NCBI GenBank assembly: GCA_029865515.1
Contig: JAOUGQ010000001.1
Location: 1-52,679 of the forward strand
Source of the DNA: Nitrospirota bacterium
GTDB taxonomy: Bacteria > Nitrospirota > Nitrospiria > Nitrospirales > UBA8639
DNA length: 52,679 nt
Direction of reading: 5' to 3'
Part shown: positions 1 through 8,941 of the stretch, in pieces
Layout of the letters: each line of letters starts with the position of its first letter
Position numbering within the stretch: position 1 is the first letter of the stretch
Position numbers and translations under genes: made by a program
The notes under the pieces: generated by a model
The model's database searches: none
What the model was told of the DNA's origin: nothing
What the model saw: the letters and a program-made list of their open reading frames with translations, nothing else

Positions 1-492
1 TTTGGCCCGCTCGGCACGCCGATCAACGTCACTTTGCCAATCCGCTTTCCAATGCCAGATATTCACATAATGATCGAGTTGTCCCATGCAAAAAAATGCC
101 GGGGCATCCCCGAGAGGGAGGGCCACTGCAACCCCATCCCTGAAAACCCCAGGGGTCAAAGATTCATTGATAGTGGCATCCTGCCATTCCAGCAAAAAGG
201 CAATGTCTTGCCCGTTATGGATTGACCGGATGGATAAGGCTCGCGCACTGGGTTCTGGCCAGACGGGCCTGGTAATGATTTGACCGCTTAGTGGAACAGG
301 TAGAGGAGCAACTGTCTCCCAGGCAGGATCGGAAGGTTGAGAAGGCACCTCCCCTTCTAATAAATGAGCCCGAATAACCATACCCTGGGAACTCACAAGA
401 GGGACTCCCAACCACGTGAGACACGAAAACAGGGCTAAGACCATAAGCCCCAAAAACACCACCCTTTTTCCAGCTCGTATCCTCCTCAACAT
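1..492 (-). CDS. EbdC/NxrC-like heme b (DOMON-like) periplasmic subunit, paralog 2; 3'-truncated by the window edge and absent from the ORF track
   Basis: Manual translation from ATG 492 (AAGGA upstream) stays open to base 1: MLRRIRAGKRVVFLGLMVLALFSCLTWLGVPLVSSQ...DPAWETVAPLPVPLSGQIITRPVWP...NGQDIAFLLEWQD...FRDGVAVALP..DAPAFFCMGQLDHYVNIWHWKADWQ. This is colinear with the 6770..7729 protein (PLSGQ, FRD.VAV, CMGQ, VNIW.W.A.WQ). Confidence 0.85.
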   Translation of the reverse strand, partial: MLRRIRAGKRVVFLGLMVLALFSCLTWLGVPLVSSQGMVIRAHLLEGEVPSQPSDPAWETVAPLPVPLSGQIITRPVWPEPSARALSIRSIHNGQDIAFLLEWQDATINESLTPGVFRDGVAVALPLGDAPAFFCMGQLDHYVNIWHWKADWQSDVDRRAERAK

Positions 493-513
493 TCCATTCC
501 TTTATGGATTACC

Positions 514-527
514 ATGATTCGCATCAA
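514..527. promoter_or_regulatory. Candidate FNR/CRP-family box inside a 7-bp inverted repeat
   Basis: The minus strand reads TTGAT-gcga-ATCAT, a 9/10 match to TTGAT-N4-ATCAA. It lies within CATGATT-N6-AATCATG (513..532), 22-35 nt upstream of the ATG at 492. Confidence 0.35.
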
Positions 528-990
528 TCATGTTTCATGGATGACAGATGATCGGACAACTATTTTGGCAACATGTTTCAAGCATTCGGATACTTGCATT
601 CTACCATTTCAAATGGAAGGAAGGATCCACACAGGGAAAATTTGATTGTATACCAGGCCGAAACCCCCATGTGTGGGGTTGAGGAAGATCTTAAAAGACA
701 ACGACGAATTCTCCAATTTCAGAGAGAGCCGAGATGAGGATTACACGATAGAATGAACAAGCTGAAGACCAAAATTTTTGACTACCACTCCTGGAACAGC
801 AAAAATATTAAACTTCGTAGATATTTGTTTCATCTCCAACAGCCGTTTCAAACTTCCGTCCTCACTATCCTGAGTTTTGAGCTAAGACCTATTCTGTTCC
901 AATAGCTCTCTCCCTCTCCCTGTTGGACTCCCGAAACAATACCTAGAATAAAAGCCACACACGGCTGAACTATATTTGTTTCAGCTAGGC

Positions 991-2244
991 CTATCGTAAT
1001 TTTACTCGACGAATTTTATTTTCATTCCGCTCGCAAATGTATAAATTTCCTTGAGAGTCCAGGGTCAACCCGGCTGGGGTATTCACAATAGCCTCGGTGG
1101 CGAGTAGACCATCCCCATGCTTTAACATTCCAGCGTCTTCTTTCGCCACAAAGCGGGCGGCACCACAACCACCCATATTTTTATCGTCATAGCCACTATC
1201 CCCATTCCCGGCGATGGTCGTGATCATGCCAGTTTTGCTATCCACTTTTCTAACCCGGTGATTCATCGAATCAGAGATATATATATTCCCCTCTGAGTCC
1301 ACCACAGCACTTTCCGGGACATTAAGCATAGATTTCACTGCCAATTTCCCATCACCGTCATACCCATACCGGCAGACTCCAGCCACCGTGGACATCATCC
1401 CCGTTTTCCTGTCTATTTTTCGGATTCGATTAGTCCCTTTATCCGTAATATAGAGATCCCCCTGCCGATCCACATCAATATCGACCACATCATACAACCT
1501 GCAATCCAAAGCCGATTTTCCGTCATCAAGATACAATGTCAGATCTAGCCCGTCAGAACACCTCGGGCGCAGCAAACCTTCGTCGTTACTAAAATCAATT
1601 CCAATAGCATCACCGGAAAGGACAATAAGATTTTGCGCCGTCAGAGGACTCACGCGCTCATCATCTTCTGCCGTCCAACACCCGGCAATGGTCGTCAGCA
1701 TTCCTGTGTTAGGGTCATAATGACGGATGCGATGAGCTTGTGTGTCTGCAATGTAAAGATTATCCTGATCGTCTAATGCAATGGCCGCGGGATAGGTTAA
1801 ATTGCACTCCAACGCCGGTCCATCCCCATTAAATCCCCATTGCCCCGTCCCGACTATGGTTGTGATGATTCCCGTTTCAGCATCAATTCTTCGAATACGA
1901 TTACTACCGGAATCACAGATGTAAATATTGTTTCGTGAATCACACAAGACATCTAAGGGAAGATAGAGCCCGGCCTCACCACAAGGACCATAGTCGCCGC
2001 TGTAGCAAGTCTCACCGGTACCCGCAAAATTATGCAAGAGACCCGTCTCTAGATCCACACGCCTGATTCGGTCAGAACCGGATTCCGCAATGTATAAAAA
2101 GCGCTCATCCCGATCAACCGCAAGATGATTGGGCAGCGGAATCCCAGATTTCACAGCTCGCTTGCCATCACCCGTACTACGGGACTTTCCGTTTCCAGCA
2201 AAGGTGTCAATGACCCCAACTTCTAACGCGGTCTCAATACTCAT
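991..2244 (-). CDS. NHL-repeat beta-propeller protein, Cys-rich, no signal peptide
   Basis: Repeated units LYIADxxxxRIRxxD...G...TxAGxG...GDG; 11 Cys; two loop insertions. Confidence 0.85.
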   Translation of the reverse strand: MSIETALEVGVIDTFAGNGKSRSTGDGKRAVKSGIPLPNHLAVDRDERFLYIAESGSDRIRRVDLETGLLHNFAGTGETCYSGDYGPCGEAGLYLPLDVLCDSRNNIYICDSGSNRIRRIDAETGIITTIVGTGQWGFNGDGPALECNLTYPAAIALDDQDNLYIADTQAHRIRHYDPNTGMLTTIAGCWTAEDDERVSPLTAQNLIVLSGDAIGIDFSNDEGLLRPRCSDGLDLTLYLDDGKSALDCRLYDVVDIDVDRQGDLYITDKGTNRIRKIDRKTGMMSTVAGVCRYGYDGDGKLAVKSMLNVPESAVVDSEGNIYISDSMNHRVRKVDSKTGMITTIAGNGDSGYDDKNMGGCGAARFVAKEDAGMLKHGDGLLATEAIVNTPAGLTLDSQGNLYICERNENKIRRVKLR

Positions 2245-2334
2245 AGGAAATTTACCCTTCAGTATTTATCTGAGATAACAACGGGGAACAGCTTACCTCC
2301 TCAGCCTTTGATCTCCTCACTTGCTCAAGCAGGA

Positions 2335-2655
2335 TTAAGCCTTTGATGGCGCAGCAACATGCTCCTGAGCGGATGGATTCGCTTCCGGCTGAATTTGCCC
2401 AACTGTTCCCCCTGAGGCAGTACCCATAGGTTGGGAAATTTGCGGTGGAGCGTTGACCGGAGCAGCGGATGCCGTATTTTCTGCTTGAGCTTGGGGATCT
2501 ACATCATAGGCTTCTGCTTCTTGGACGGATTTCTTGAACCCTTTAATAGCTTTTCCCACTCCTTCCCCCAATTGTGGTAATTTTCCGGCTCCAAAGATAA
2601 TCAGCACAATCATCAGGATAAGAATTAATTCTGTAAAACCTAAGCTTCCAAACAT
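2335..2655 (-). CDS. tatA: Twin-arginine translocase TatA/E subunit
   Basis: [43 protein letters not shown] is the typical TatA TM helix, FG hinge and amphipathic helix; AGGAG Shine-Dalgarno (SD). Confidence 0.95.
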   Translation of the reverse strand: MFGSLGFTELILILMIVLIIFGAGKLPQLGEGVGKAIKGFKKSVQEAEAYDVDPQAQAENTASAAPVNAPPQISQPMGTASGGTVGQIQPEANPSAQEHVAAPSKA

Positions 2656-2677
2656 GGTACTTCTCCTTGTTGGGGTA

Positions 2678-3493
2678 TTACTTTTTTACCGTTTCCCGTG
2701 AACGCTTGCTAAACCGGTCCTTGAGACGATTTCGGGTCTCTTCCGCTTGCTCAAACATCTTGCATTTTTCATATGTATTAATCAGATTATAATAGGCCAA
2801 TGGTTCATCAGGATTATTTTCAACGGCATCTTCCATGATCTTGACAGCCATATCAGGTTTCTTCAGATTTAAGGCAATTTCCATGAGCTTAAAACTCGAC
2901 TCCAGATGATTCGGATCAAACTGCAAAACTTTCATATAGGCCTGCATGGCCATATCCAGTGTATTAAAATCCGATACTTGGGGGTCATCTAACTTTTCGT
3001 ACACTCCCGCTAAATTATACCAAGCTATCGGATCCTCAGGTGAAATTTCGATCAGCCGTTCGAAATATTCTTTGGCTTCAAGAAATTCATTTTTGTCATT
3101 ATAGAGTCGCCCGACATTAAACAGGGCAAGTACATCATAGGGGTTTAATTCCAGCGCCCGTTTAAATTGGGCCGTAGCTTCATCCAACATCCCCTTGGTC
3201 CCGTAAATCGTTCCAAGGTTCGAGTAATACATTGCCAGCGAACGATCCATTTCCACCCGAATACCTTCTGCCATCTCAATCGACTTTTTCACTTCAGCCA
3301 GCGCTTCATCCATCCGCCCCTTATTGAAATAAAGCTCTCCTAAACGGCACCGGGCTTGAAAGTCGTCAGGCTCTTCGCTCAATAACTTTTCAAGTTCTCC
3401 AATTTCCTCATCAACGGTTAATGGCCGTTCTTCTGCGGTCGTTTCAGCGCCCTGCGATTCCATCATTTGGCTTCCAGCACTTTGTTCTTCCAT
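2678..3493 (-). CDS. Tetratricopeptide-repeat protein
   Basis: Multiple TPR units, e.g. YSNLGTIY...A...FKRALELNP and AWYNLAGVY. Confidence 0.9.
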   Translation of the reverse strand: MEEQSAGSQMMESQGAETTAEERPLTVDEEIGELEKLLSEEPDDFQARCRLGELYFNKGRMDEALAEVKKSIEMAEGIRVEMDRSLAMYYSNLGTIYGTKGMLDEATAQFKRALELNPYDVLALFNVGRLYNDKNEFLEAKEYFERLIEISPEDPIAWYNLAGVYEKLDDPQVSDFNTLDMAMQAYMKVLQFDPNHLESSFKLMEIALNLKKPDMAVKIMEDAVENNPDEPLAYYNLINTYEKCKMFEQAEETRNRLKDRFSKRSRETVKK

Positions 3494-3507
3494 TGCGTGT
3501 ATCCTAC

Positions 3508-4620
3508 CTACTGTGTTTGCCCGTAAACGGGACGAATTGGTTGATAGACTAACCCGTCATGAATTTTCTTTCGAAGCTTTCCCAAAGTCCCTCGTTTATC
3601 AATGTTTAATAACATTAACCCAAGCACTACCATCAAGGTCAAATGCGATAATTGGAGCGCATAACCTGCCATAAACATGAGGCCAAGCCCATATCCAGCT
3701 ATCCGGCCAATCAAGACCAACTTAATCACGGTATAAGCCCAACACGTAAAGCCTAAAACATAAAATGCAAAGGGAAGATAAAAGGTATAGCCCATCCCCA
3801 TTTGGAAAATCCAACCTATCCCTTCCCCCGCCTTTCTTACTTCCTTGGCCACCTCAGGATTCCAGAGAGAAAGGAAATAATCCATAAACAGAAGAGCGAG
3901 AAAGACACCACCCCCACTGATTAACAAGGTTAGACCCCACCGACGTTGTTGTTTGTTTTTCGTAACAATCGAGGTACTCCCGTAGGCCCAAAACACCAAG
4001 ATACTCGAGAGAACCATTAAGGCCTCACCTAACCGGTTGACCTCATGCACCAGAGGAGGCGCATCAAGAATATTGAGCCATCCATAGGTCGTGGACATCG
4101 TTTGATAGTACAGCCACCCGCTAATCCCCACGAAAAAGCTGCCCACCATGAGCCGTTGACTGAATAAACGATGGGTTCCCCAGTATTCCATCAAAAGGGC
4201 AACGAGCAATAGAAAGGCCAAAATATTGTAAATAATCGTTCCCAACATGACCGGCGGGAAAAATAAATAGCCTACTGTACAGGCCACCAACAAGGCCACC
4301 AAGGGGATGACCACCTTATCCCAAGAGCCCACCCATAGTCTGGTGCGTATTTTTTGAACGAGCAAAATCCCCAATATCAGAAAAACCAGAATGGCAGTCA
4401 TGTTCAACAACACGAATCCCAATGACGACAGTGTCCGAAATCCGATTCGAACCGCTTCATATTTTTCCGCTAACTTTCCAAGGTGCATACCTAACCGTGA
4501 AACCAACCGATACAACACTAACTCAAAAAAAGCTGCGAACAGCAAACTTTTGAGACCCCATTCAAAAAGGAGTCCTGGGGTGTCTATCCTTTCGGCACTT
4601 TTTTCAGTAGCAGCAAGCAT
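3508..4620 (-). CDS. Polytopic membrane protein of unknown function (about 9-10 TM)
   Basis: 370-aa ORF with many hydrophobic segments, tightly packed between the radical SAM and TPR genes. Confidence 0.8.
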   Translation of the reverse strand: MLAATEKSAERIDTPGLLFEWGLKSLLFAAFFELVLYRLVSRLGMHLGKLAEKYEAVRIGFRTLSSLGFVLLNMTAILVFLILGILLVQKIRTRLWVGSWDKVVIPLVALLVACTVGYLFFPPVMLGTIIYNILAFLLLVALLMEYWGTHRLFSQRLMVGSFFVGISGWLYYQTMSTTYGWLNILDAPPLVHEVNRLGEALMVLSSILVFWAYGSTSIVTKNKQQRRWGLTLLISGGGVFLALLFMDYFLSLWNPEVAKEVRKAGEGIGWIFQMGMGYTFYLPFAFYVLGFTCWAYTVIKLVLIGRIAGYGLGLMFMAGYALQLSHLTLMVVLGLMLLNIDKRGTLGKLRKKIHDGLVYQPIRPVYGQTQ

Positions 4621-4688
4621 GATTCAAGCCTTCAGATATAGAGAGAGAGATGCGATGGAAGAGACATTGGGTTCCCAGAATGCCCTTC

Positions 4689-6461
4689 CTATACACTAGA
4701 GGGTTGCGCTTCCAGTTGCTTGTTATGGCGCGTAATATATAACAGTCCATCCGCCATGGAATAATTAAACGGTAATTCACACACAACTTCGCTAATCTTC
4801 TCATATACATGTTGATACACTTTTTCAGCCTGCTCTGGGGTCATTCCTGATTTCACTTCGTAAAAGAATCCTAAACTCAAATCCTCGGAAGCTGGACGCA
4901 TAATTCGTTGAATCCCGTACCCCCCCGGGTCACTCATAATTGGAGCTTCCTTTTCCAGATCAAACAGACAGGGTTGACAGGAAAAACCATATGAATTATG
5001 AAGTTTGGTGTTCTTGACAATAAAGTTCATCGTTTCCAGAGCTTCTTCTTCCGTTTCAGTAGGAAATCCGACAATCACATAGCAATGCACCGCAATCCCA
5101 ATTTCCACGCAATCGGAACAGATCCGATCGACATTTTCTTGAGTAATCCCCTTCACCATAAAATCCATCAATCGGGCATTATAGGTTTCCAAGCCAAACA
5201 CAATCTTCTGGCAACCTGCTTCCCGCATTGATGCTAACAACTCACGAGACAAATTCTTTTCAAATCGCAACTCTGCAGTCCACTGTAGATCCAACCCTCG
5301 ACGAATCAGTTCCTTGCAAAGCCGTTTGGTTGGCGAAAGGGCAAGGCATTCGTCGGTAAAGAAAAAATAGGGTGTTTCATACTTTCGGGATAGCGTCTCT
5401 AATTCATCAACGACTTTCATTGGATCTTTTTGACGGAAATTCTGATGATCCAAGGTCAACGCGCAAAAGGCACAGTCTTTGTAATAACACCCTCTGGAAA
5501 ACTGGACGGGTAACACTGTATGAGGTGCTAAATATTGACCCAAAGGAAATCCATCGTAATTTGGGGCAGGATGCTCCGTTAAATTTTCAGAGTAAAACGG
5601 TTGATTCACGATAATCTTGCCATCTTGCCGCCAGATGAGATTAGGCACTTTACTGAAGTCCTTTTTCCCTTCTAATTGATTAATCATTTCCAACAGTGCG
5701 GTTTCACCCTCAAACACAATAAAATCATCCGTCAATTGAAATAGCCGATCACATCGCCTGAGATTATCCACCAATCTGGTAAAAATACTTCCACCAACCG
5801 TCACATGAACGTCGGGATGGAATTCTTTTATTAACTTACATAGAGTTAAACCGGGAATAATCTGTGATGTCGCGGTGATGGAGACCCCAACAAAATCAGG
5901 AGTATCTTGAGAAAATGAGGGAAGGAAAAACTGTCGGTAAAGGTCAAGATAGGGATTTTGTGTTTCATCATGAATGGCTTGGAGAATTTCTCGTGAAGAA
6001 TAAATAGAATACGTAAATTGATTATCCACCACAGTCATTCTCGTGGGAAAATATAAGGAGGAAGCGACTTCCAGCCACCGGTCAATCAGAAAGAGACATT
6101 CTCGGTACCGGTCTAAATTAAAAAATTCCTCCCCACGCAACGAGGCTTTAGCTGGCTCAATCTCATCAATCAAATAGGGAAATCGGTCGAGTGACTCGAC
6201 AGCACGCGCGTAATGCTCTTTACTCCCTGGACCTGTTTCTCCATTCACCGATTGCTCTAACCTTTTAACCAGATCAACTAGTCGTTGATGAATATCTAAG
6301 CCGAAGTTTTTGGTCAAAACCTTATCGAGTAGTTCAATATTCAAATCACGTTGCTGATGGACGGAAATGCCAGATTTCTCGAGAAACGCTGAAAGGCAGG
6401 GAATGCTCAGATATGGCTGAGAGGGATGCCAACTTGGAGGAAATAAAAGAGAAATTTTCAC
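4689..6461 (-). CDS. Cobalamin-binding (class B-type) radical SAM enzyme
   Basis: N-terminal B12-binding domain (PYLSIPCLSAFL; PDFVGVS; VTVGG; EGE), cluster motif SRGCYYKDCAFC, AGC...FGLET, IVGFPTETEE; GTG start with GGAG SD. Confidence 0.88.
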   Translation of the reverse strand: MKISLLFPPSWHPSQPYLSIPCLSAFLEKSGISVHQQRDLNIELLDKVLTKNFGLDIHQRLVDLVKRLEQSVNGETGPGSKEHYARAVESLDRFPYLIDEIEPAKASLRGEEFFNLDRYRECLFLIDRWLEVASSLYFPTRMTVVDNQFTYSIYSSREILQAIHDETQNPYLDLYRQFFLPSFSQDTPDFVGVSITATSQIIPGLTLCKLIKEFHPDVHVTVGGSIFTRLVDNLRRCDRLFQLTDDFIVFEGETALLEMINQLEGKKDFSKVPNLIWRQDGKIIVNQPFYSENLTEHPAPNYDGFPLGQYLAPHTVLPVQFSRGCYYKDCAFCALTLDHQNFRQKDPMKVVDELETLSRKYETPYFFFTDECLALSPTKRLCKELIRRGLDLQWTAELRFEKNLSRELLASMREAGCQKIVFGLETYNARLMDFMVKGITQENVDRICSDCVEIGIAVHCYVIVGFPTETEEEALETMNFIVKNTKLHNSYGFSCQPCLFDLEKEAPIMSDPGGYGIQRIMRPASEDLSLGFFYEVKSGMTPEQAEKVYQHVYEKISEVVCELPFNYSMADGLLYITRHNKQLEAQPSSV

Positions 6462-6658
6462 AACGCAGCTCCAAGGTAATAGGGATGATAAAAAACGGCG
6501 GTCAAGTATATTCTAAATTTATACACGTCGGATTCTTCTCAATGCAACAATTTACCTTATCCGTGATCAATGAATCTCTAAATCTTAGAAAACTTTTGAC
6601 AAATAAATTCTTAACCCATATTTCCCTTTAAGCCTTTTCCTGATAATTTAATGCCTTT

Positions 6659-6715
6659 AAAAAAAAAGCCCCCGGCGACTTTCCCCATCGCTGGAGTCAA
6701 TCACCGGAGGCTTTT
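6659..6715 (-). terminator. Long intrinsic terminator of the chaperone-nxrC-like transcript
   Basis: Minus strand AAGCCUCCGGUGAUU...CUCCA-GCGA-UGGGG...AGUCGCCGGGGGCUU, with the U-tract extending to 9 U: a 15-bp lower stem with G-U pairs and an upper stem capped by a GNRA tetraloop. Confidence 0.8.
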
Positions 6716-6721
6716 ATCTTT

Positions 6722-6748
6722 AGTCGGACCCCTGAATAAGGGGCGACT
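6722..6748 (-). other. RNA hairpin in the 3' UTR just before the terminator
   Basis: AGUCGCCCCU-UAUUC-AGGGG(uc)CGACU. Confidence 0.55.
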
Positions 6749-6769
6749 TTGTTCAGAAAAGGATATAAC

Positions 6770-7729
6770 CTAGTTTGCTGGCATTTGAGCCGTGAACCAA
6801 GTCGAAATACCCTTCATTCCATTCCGTTCCACGTTGGAACCATCCCAGACTGCAAATGCAACCGGGAAGCTTGAGCCTGCCGCAAACTGGACATCGTTGG
6901 GGTCCTGCGTCTTAAGACTCCGCTTCATTACTACTCGCCACGTGGGTCCGCTGCAGCAGCCTCCCTTTAAAGAGCCATAAGGTTCCCATAATCCATTCCC
7001 AACCACATCTTGGGATGCTTGGGTGGTCAACGTACTAAAACCATTGGCATTTAAATCTTCGACTGAACCAAGGCGAAGATTCGGATCTGACATAATGTTT
7101 CCTGACCAAATGCCAGGGTTAAAAGGCCCTAAGCTCCGGCCAATCCGATCGGGATAGGTCACACCACCAGCTGGCTCTTCATAGTAGAAATCCCAGGCTA
7201 TGGAAGGATATTGATTGTCCACATCCCACATGCCTGCTACCCCTGATCCAAGATCCTTTTGCCATTCCGCATTCCACCGCCAAATGTTAACCGTCCCCCC
7301 AGACTGCCCCATACATTGAAATGGAGGAGCGCCTGCAGTTTGTACTGGGAATTGCACAGCCACTTGATCTCTGAAGTCCTGCGGACCAATGGTTGTGTTA
7401 TTCAATGTTTGATCACCCCAGTTGGCCCACACGCCAATCTCTTGGCCATTGGTTGCCATTTTGATCATCACGGTTTTTACCGAGATGTTAGGATGCATCG
7501 GAGTAGTAATCGTCTGTCCGCTTAAGGGAGCAACGATACCAGGCACGGATTCCCACACGGGATTGGCCGCATCCATTGGGATTGGGCCAGTAATTTTACC
7601 AACCGGAATCGTTACCGGTTGCGAGACGGCTAGCGGAATCTGCCCAATGGTCAAACCCACACATACCACCAGGACAGACAGAAGAACGCCAAACACCAGT
7701 CGTTTGTTACGCGTCTGCACCAATCTCAT
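6770..7729 (-). CDS. nxrC: EbdC/NxrC-like heme b subunit of a type II DMSO-reductase-family enzyme (candidate nitrite oxidoreductase gamma subunit)
   Basis: N-terminal signal or TM segment; EB_dh-like motifs FRDQVAVQFP, CMGQ (Met ligand), VNIWRW, WRVVMKRSL, AFAVWDGSNVERNGMK (Lys ligand). Directly downstream of a TorD-family chaperone; AGGAGG SD. Confidence 0.75.
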   Translation of the reverse strand: MRLVQTRNKRLVFGVLLSVLVVCVGLTIGQIPLAVSQPVTIPVGKITGPIPMDAANPVWESVPGIVAPLSGQTITTPMHPNISVKTVMIKMATNGQEIGVWANWGDQTLNNTTIGPQDFRDQVAVQFPVQTAGAPPFQCMGQSGGTVNIWRWNAEWQKDLGSGVAGMWDVDNQYPSIAWDFYYEEPAGGVTYPDRIGRSLGPFNPGIWSGNIMSDPNLRLGSVEDLNANGFSTLTTQASQDVVGNGLWEPYGSLKGGCCSGPTWRVVMKRSLKTQDPNDVQFAAGSSFPVAFAVWDGSNVERNGMKGISTWFTAQMPAN

Positions 7730-7837
7730 AATGACGCATCCTCCTTTGATAAAAGATTAAAACCGAAAAGACTGCTAACTACCTGTCTCCTCAAACCTGT
7801 CACCTTACAAAAACTCATATCCTAGCTAAGATACCCA

Positions 7838-8809
7838 CTAAGCATTCCCAGATTGCCCTGAAGCTCCACTTTCTTTATCTAAAAAAGCATCCGCCCCAAC
7901 TTCGCTCATGAGAAGGCTCAATTCGTTTCCTTGATCCTGAGCTCCACATTCAAATGTTTGGCCTTCCGGATTGTTGTATGTCGCAGGGCGGTAATCAGTC
8001 TCGGAATAAGGCTGTGGAGTAACTCCCAAAAAAGCAATATCAAATGCCATCCACTGTGACGTAAAGTCAGCTAAAATTTTATAAAATCCATAATCAGCTT
8101 TTCTTTTTAACATTCCAGAAAACAAAGGTACCCATCGACCGATATGCTCTTTAACAAACTTCTTCTCCGCTTCAATTACGGTTTTAAGCTTTTCCGCCCC
8201 ATCATGAAGAATGGCGTATGACTCTTTATAGGCCAAATAATGCATAAATTCTAACTCAACGCTCAAATGATCAAGTCTCTCATGAATATCCGGTGAAAGC
8301 TGAAGACCAAACGCACTATAGAATCCGGCAATGTCCCCCATTACGTAGGACTGACCAAAAACATGATCATTTCCAAATAATGTTTCATATGGCGGACAGT
8401 CCAGCGCAATTACATTACTGAAAACACGTCGATGCTCATCCCTCAAATCTTGAATATTCCAATTTTCCCCTTCAGAGGATATCCATTCTTCGATTGCATC
8501 AAAATGGGCCGCCAAGGCATCAAGGCGTTCTTGTGCTTCTGGGCCACCAATACTTTGCAATTCCTTTTTTAACCCTTCTAAGGCTGTTTTGCCATCCTCG
8601 ACAAATTCCCCGCTCTGGAGGTAATCCAAGAACTCATCATCCTCAGGGTACAGATAACCCCAAGAAACCAACAGATAAAGCTTACTTCGACAAAGCGCCC
8701 GATCAACAGCAGGCGCATCTTTTGGGGAGATCTTCACAGCCTTTCCTTCAGCGGGATTCGAGACCATCTTAGTTCCTGCCTTTTTCCCTTCTTTCACTCC
8801 TGATGCCAT
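7838..8809 (-). CDS. TorD/DmsD/NarJ-family molybdoenzyme maturation chaperone (candidate NXR delta/chaperone)
   Basis: CPPYET, FYSAFGL, ERLDHLSVELEFM and F..EH..RW.P.F motifs of the family. Confidence 0.85.
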   Translation of the reverse strand: MASGVKEGKKAGTKMVSNPAEGKAVKISPKDAPAVDRALCRSKLYLLVSWGYLYPEDDEFLDYLQSGEFVEDGKTALEGLKKELQSIGGPEAQERLDALAAHFDAIEEWISSEGENWNIQDLRDEHRRVFSNVIALDCPPYETLFGNDHVFGQSYVMGDIAGFYSAFGLQLSPDIHERLDHLSVELEFMHYLAYKESYAILHDGAEKLKTVIEAEKKFVKEHIGRWVPLFSGMLKRKADYGFYKILADFTSQWMAFDIAFLGVTPQPYSETDYRPATYNNPEGQTFECGAQDQGNELSLLMSEVGADAFLDKESGASGQSGNA

Positions 8810-8905
8810 ATTTCACCTAAACTTTATTAAAAACATTTTCATCTTAATACATTTACCATAACCTGCATCAACCAGGACCATTTGGAATTCATGAAAGGGG
8901 ACCAG

Positions 8906-8941
8906 ATAATAGGACAACAGGCCTATGAAGTCAAGACTTCA
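8906..8941 (-). promoter_or_regulatory. Sigma-70 promoter of chaperone-nxrC with a palindromic operator over the -35
   Basis: Minus strand TTGACT (8934-8929), 17 nt, TATTAT (8911-8906); perfect inverted repeat TGAAGTC-AA-GACTTCA at 8926..8941. Confidence 0.65.

Noticed and set aside
34-424. Short track ORFs 34..225, 86..283 and 215..424
   Set aside because: They are shadows of the real NxrC-like frame at 1..492 on the minus strand.
6462-6769. Cobalamin riboswitch upstream of the B12 radical SAM gene
   Set aside because: No B12-box or other conserved riboswitch elements were seen; the structures present are explained as a terminator and a 3' hairpin.
8861-8880. Sigma-54 promoter-like TGG...TGC upstream of the chaperone
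   Set aside because: The GG-to-GC spacing is 11 nt rather than the required 10, and a good sigma-70 promoter lies nearby.
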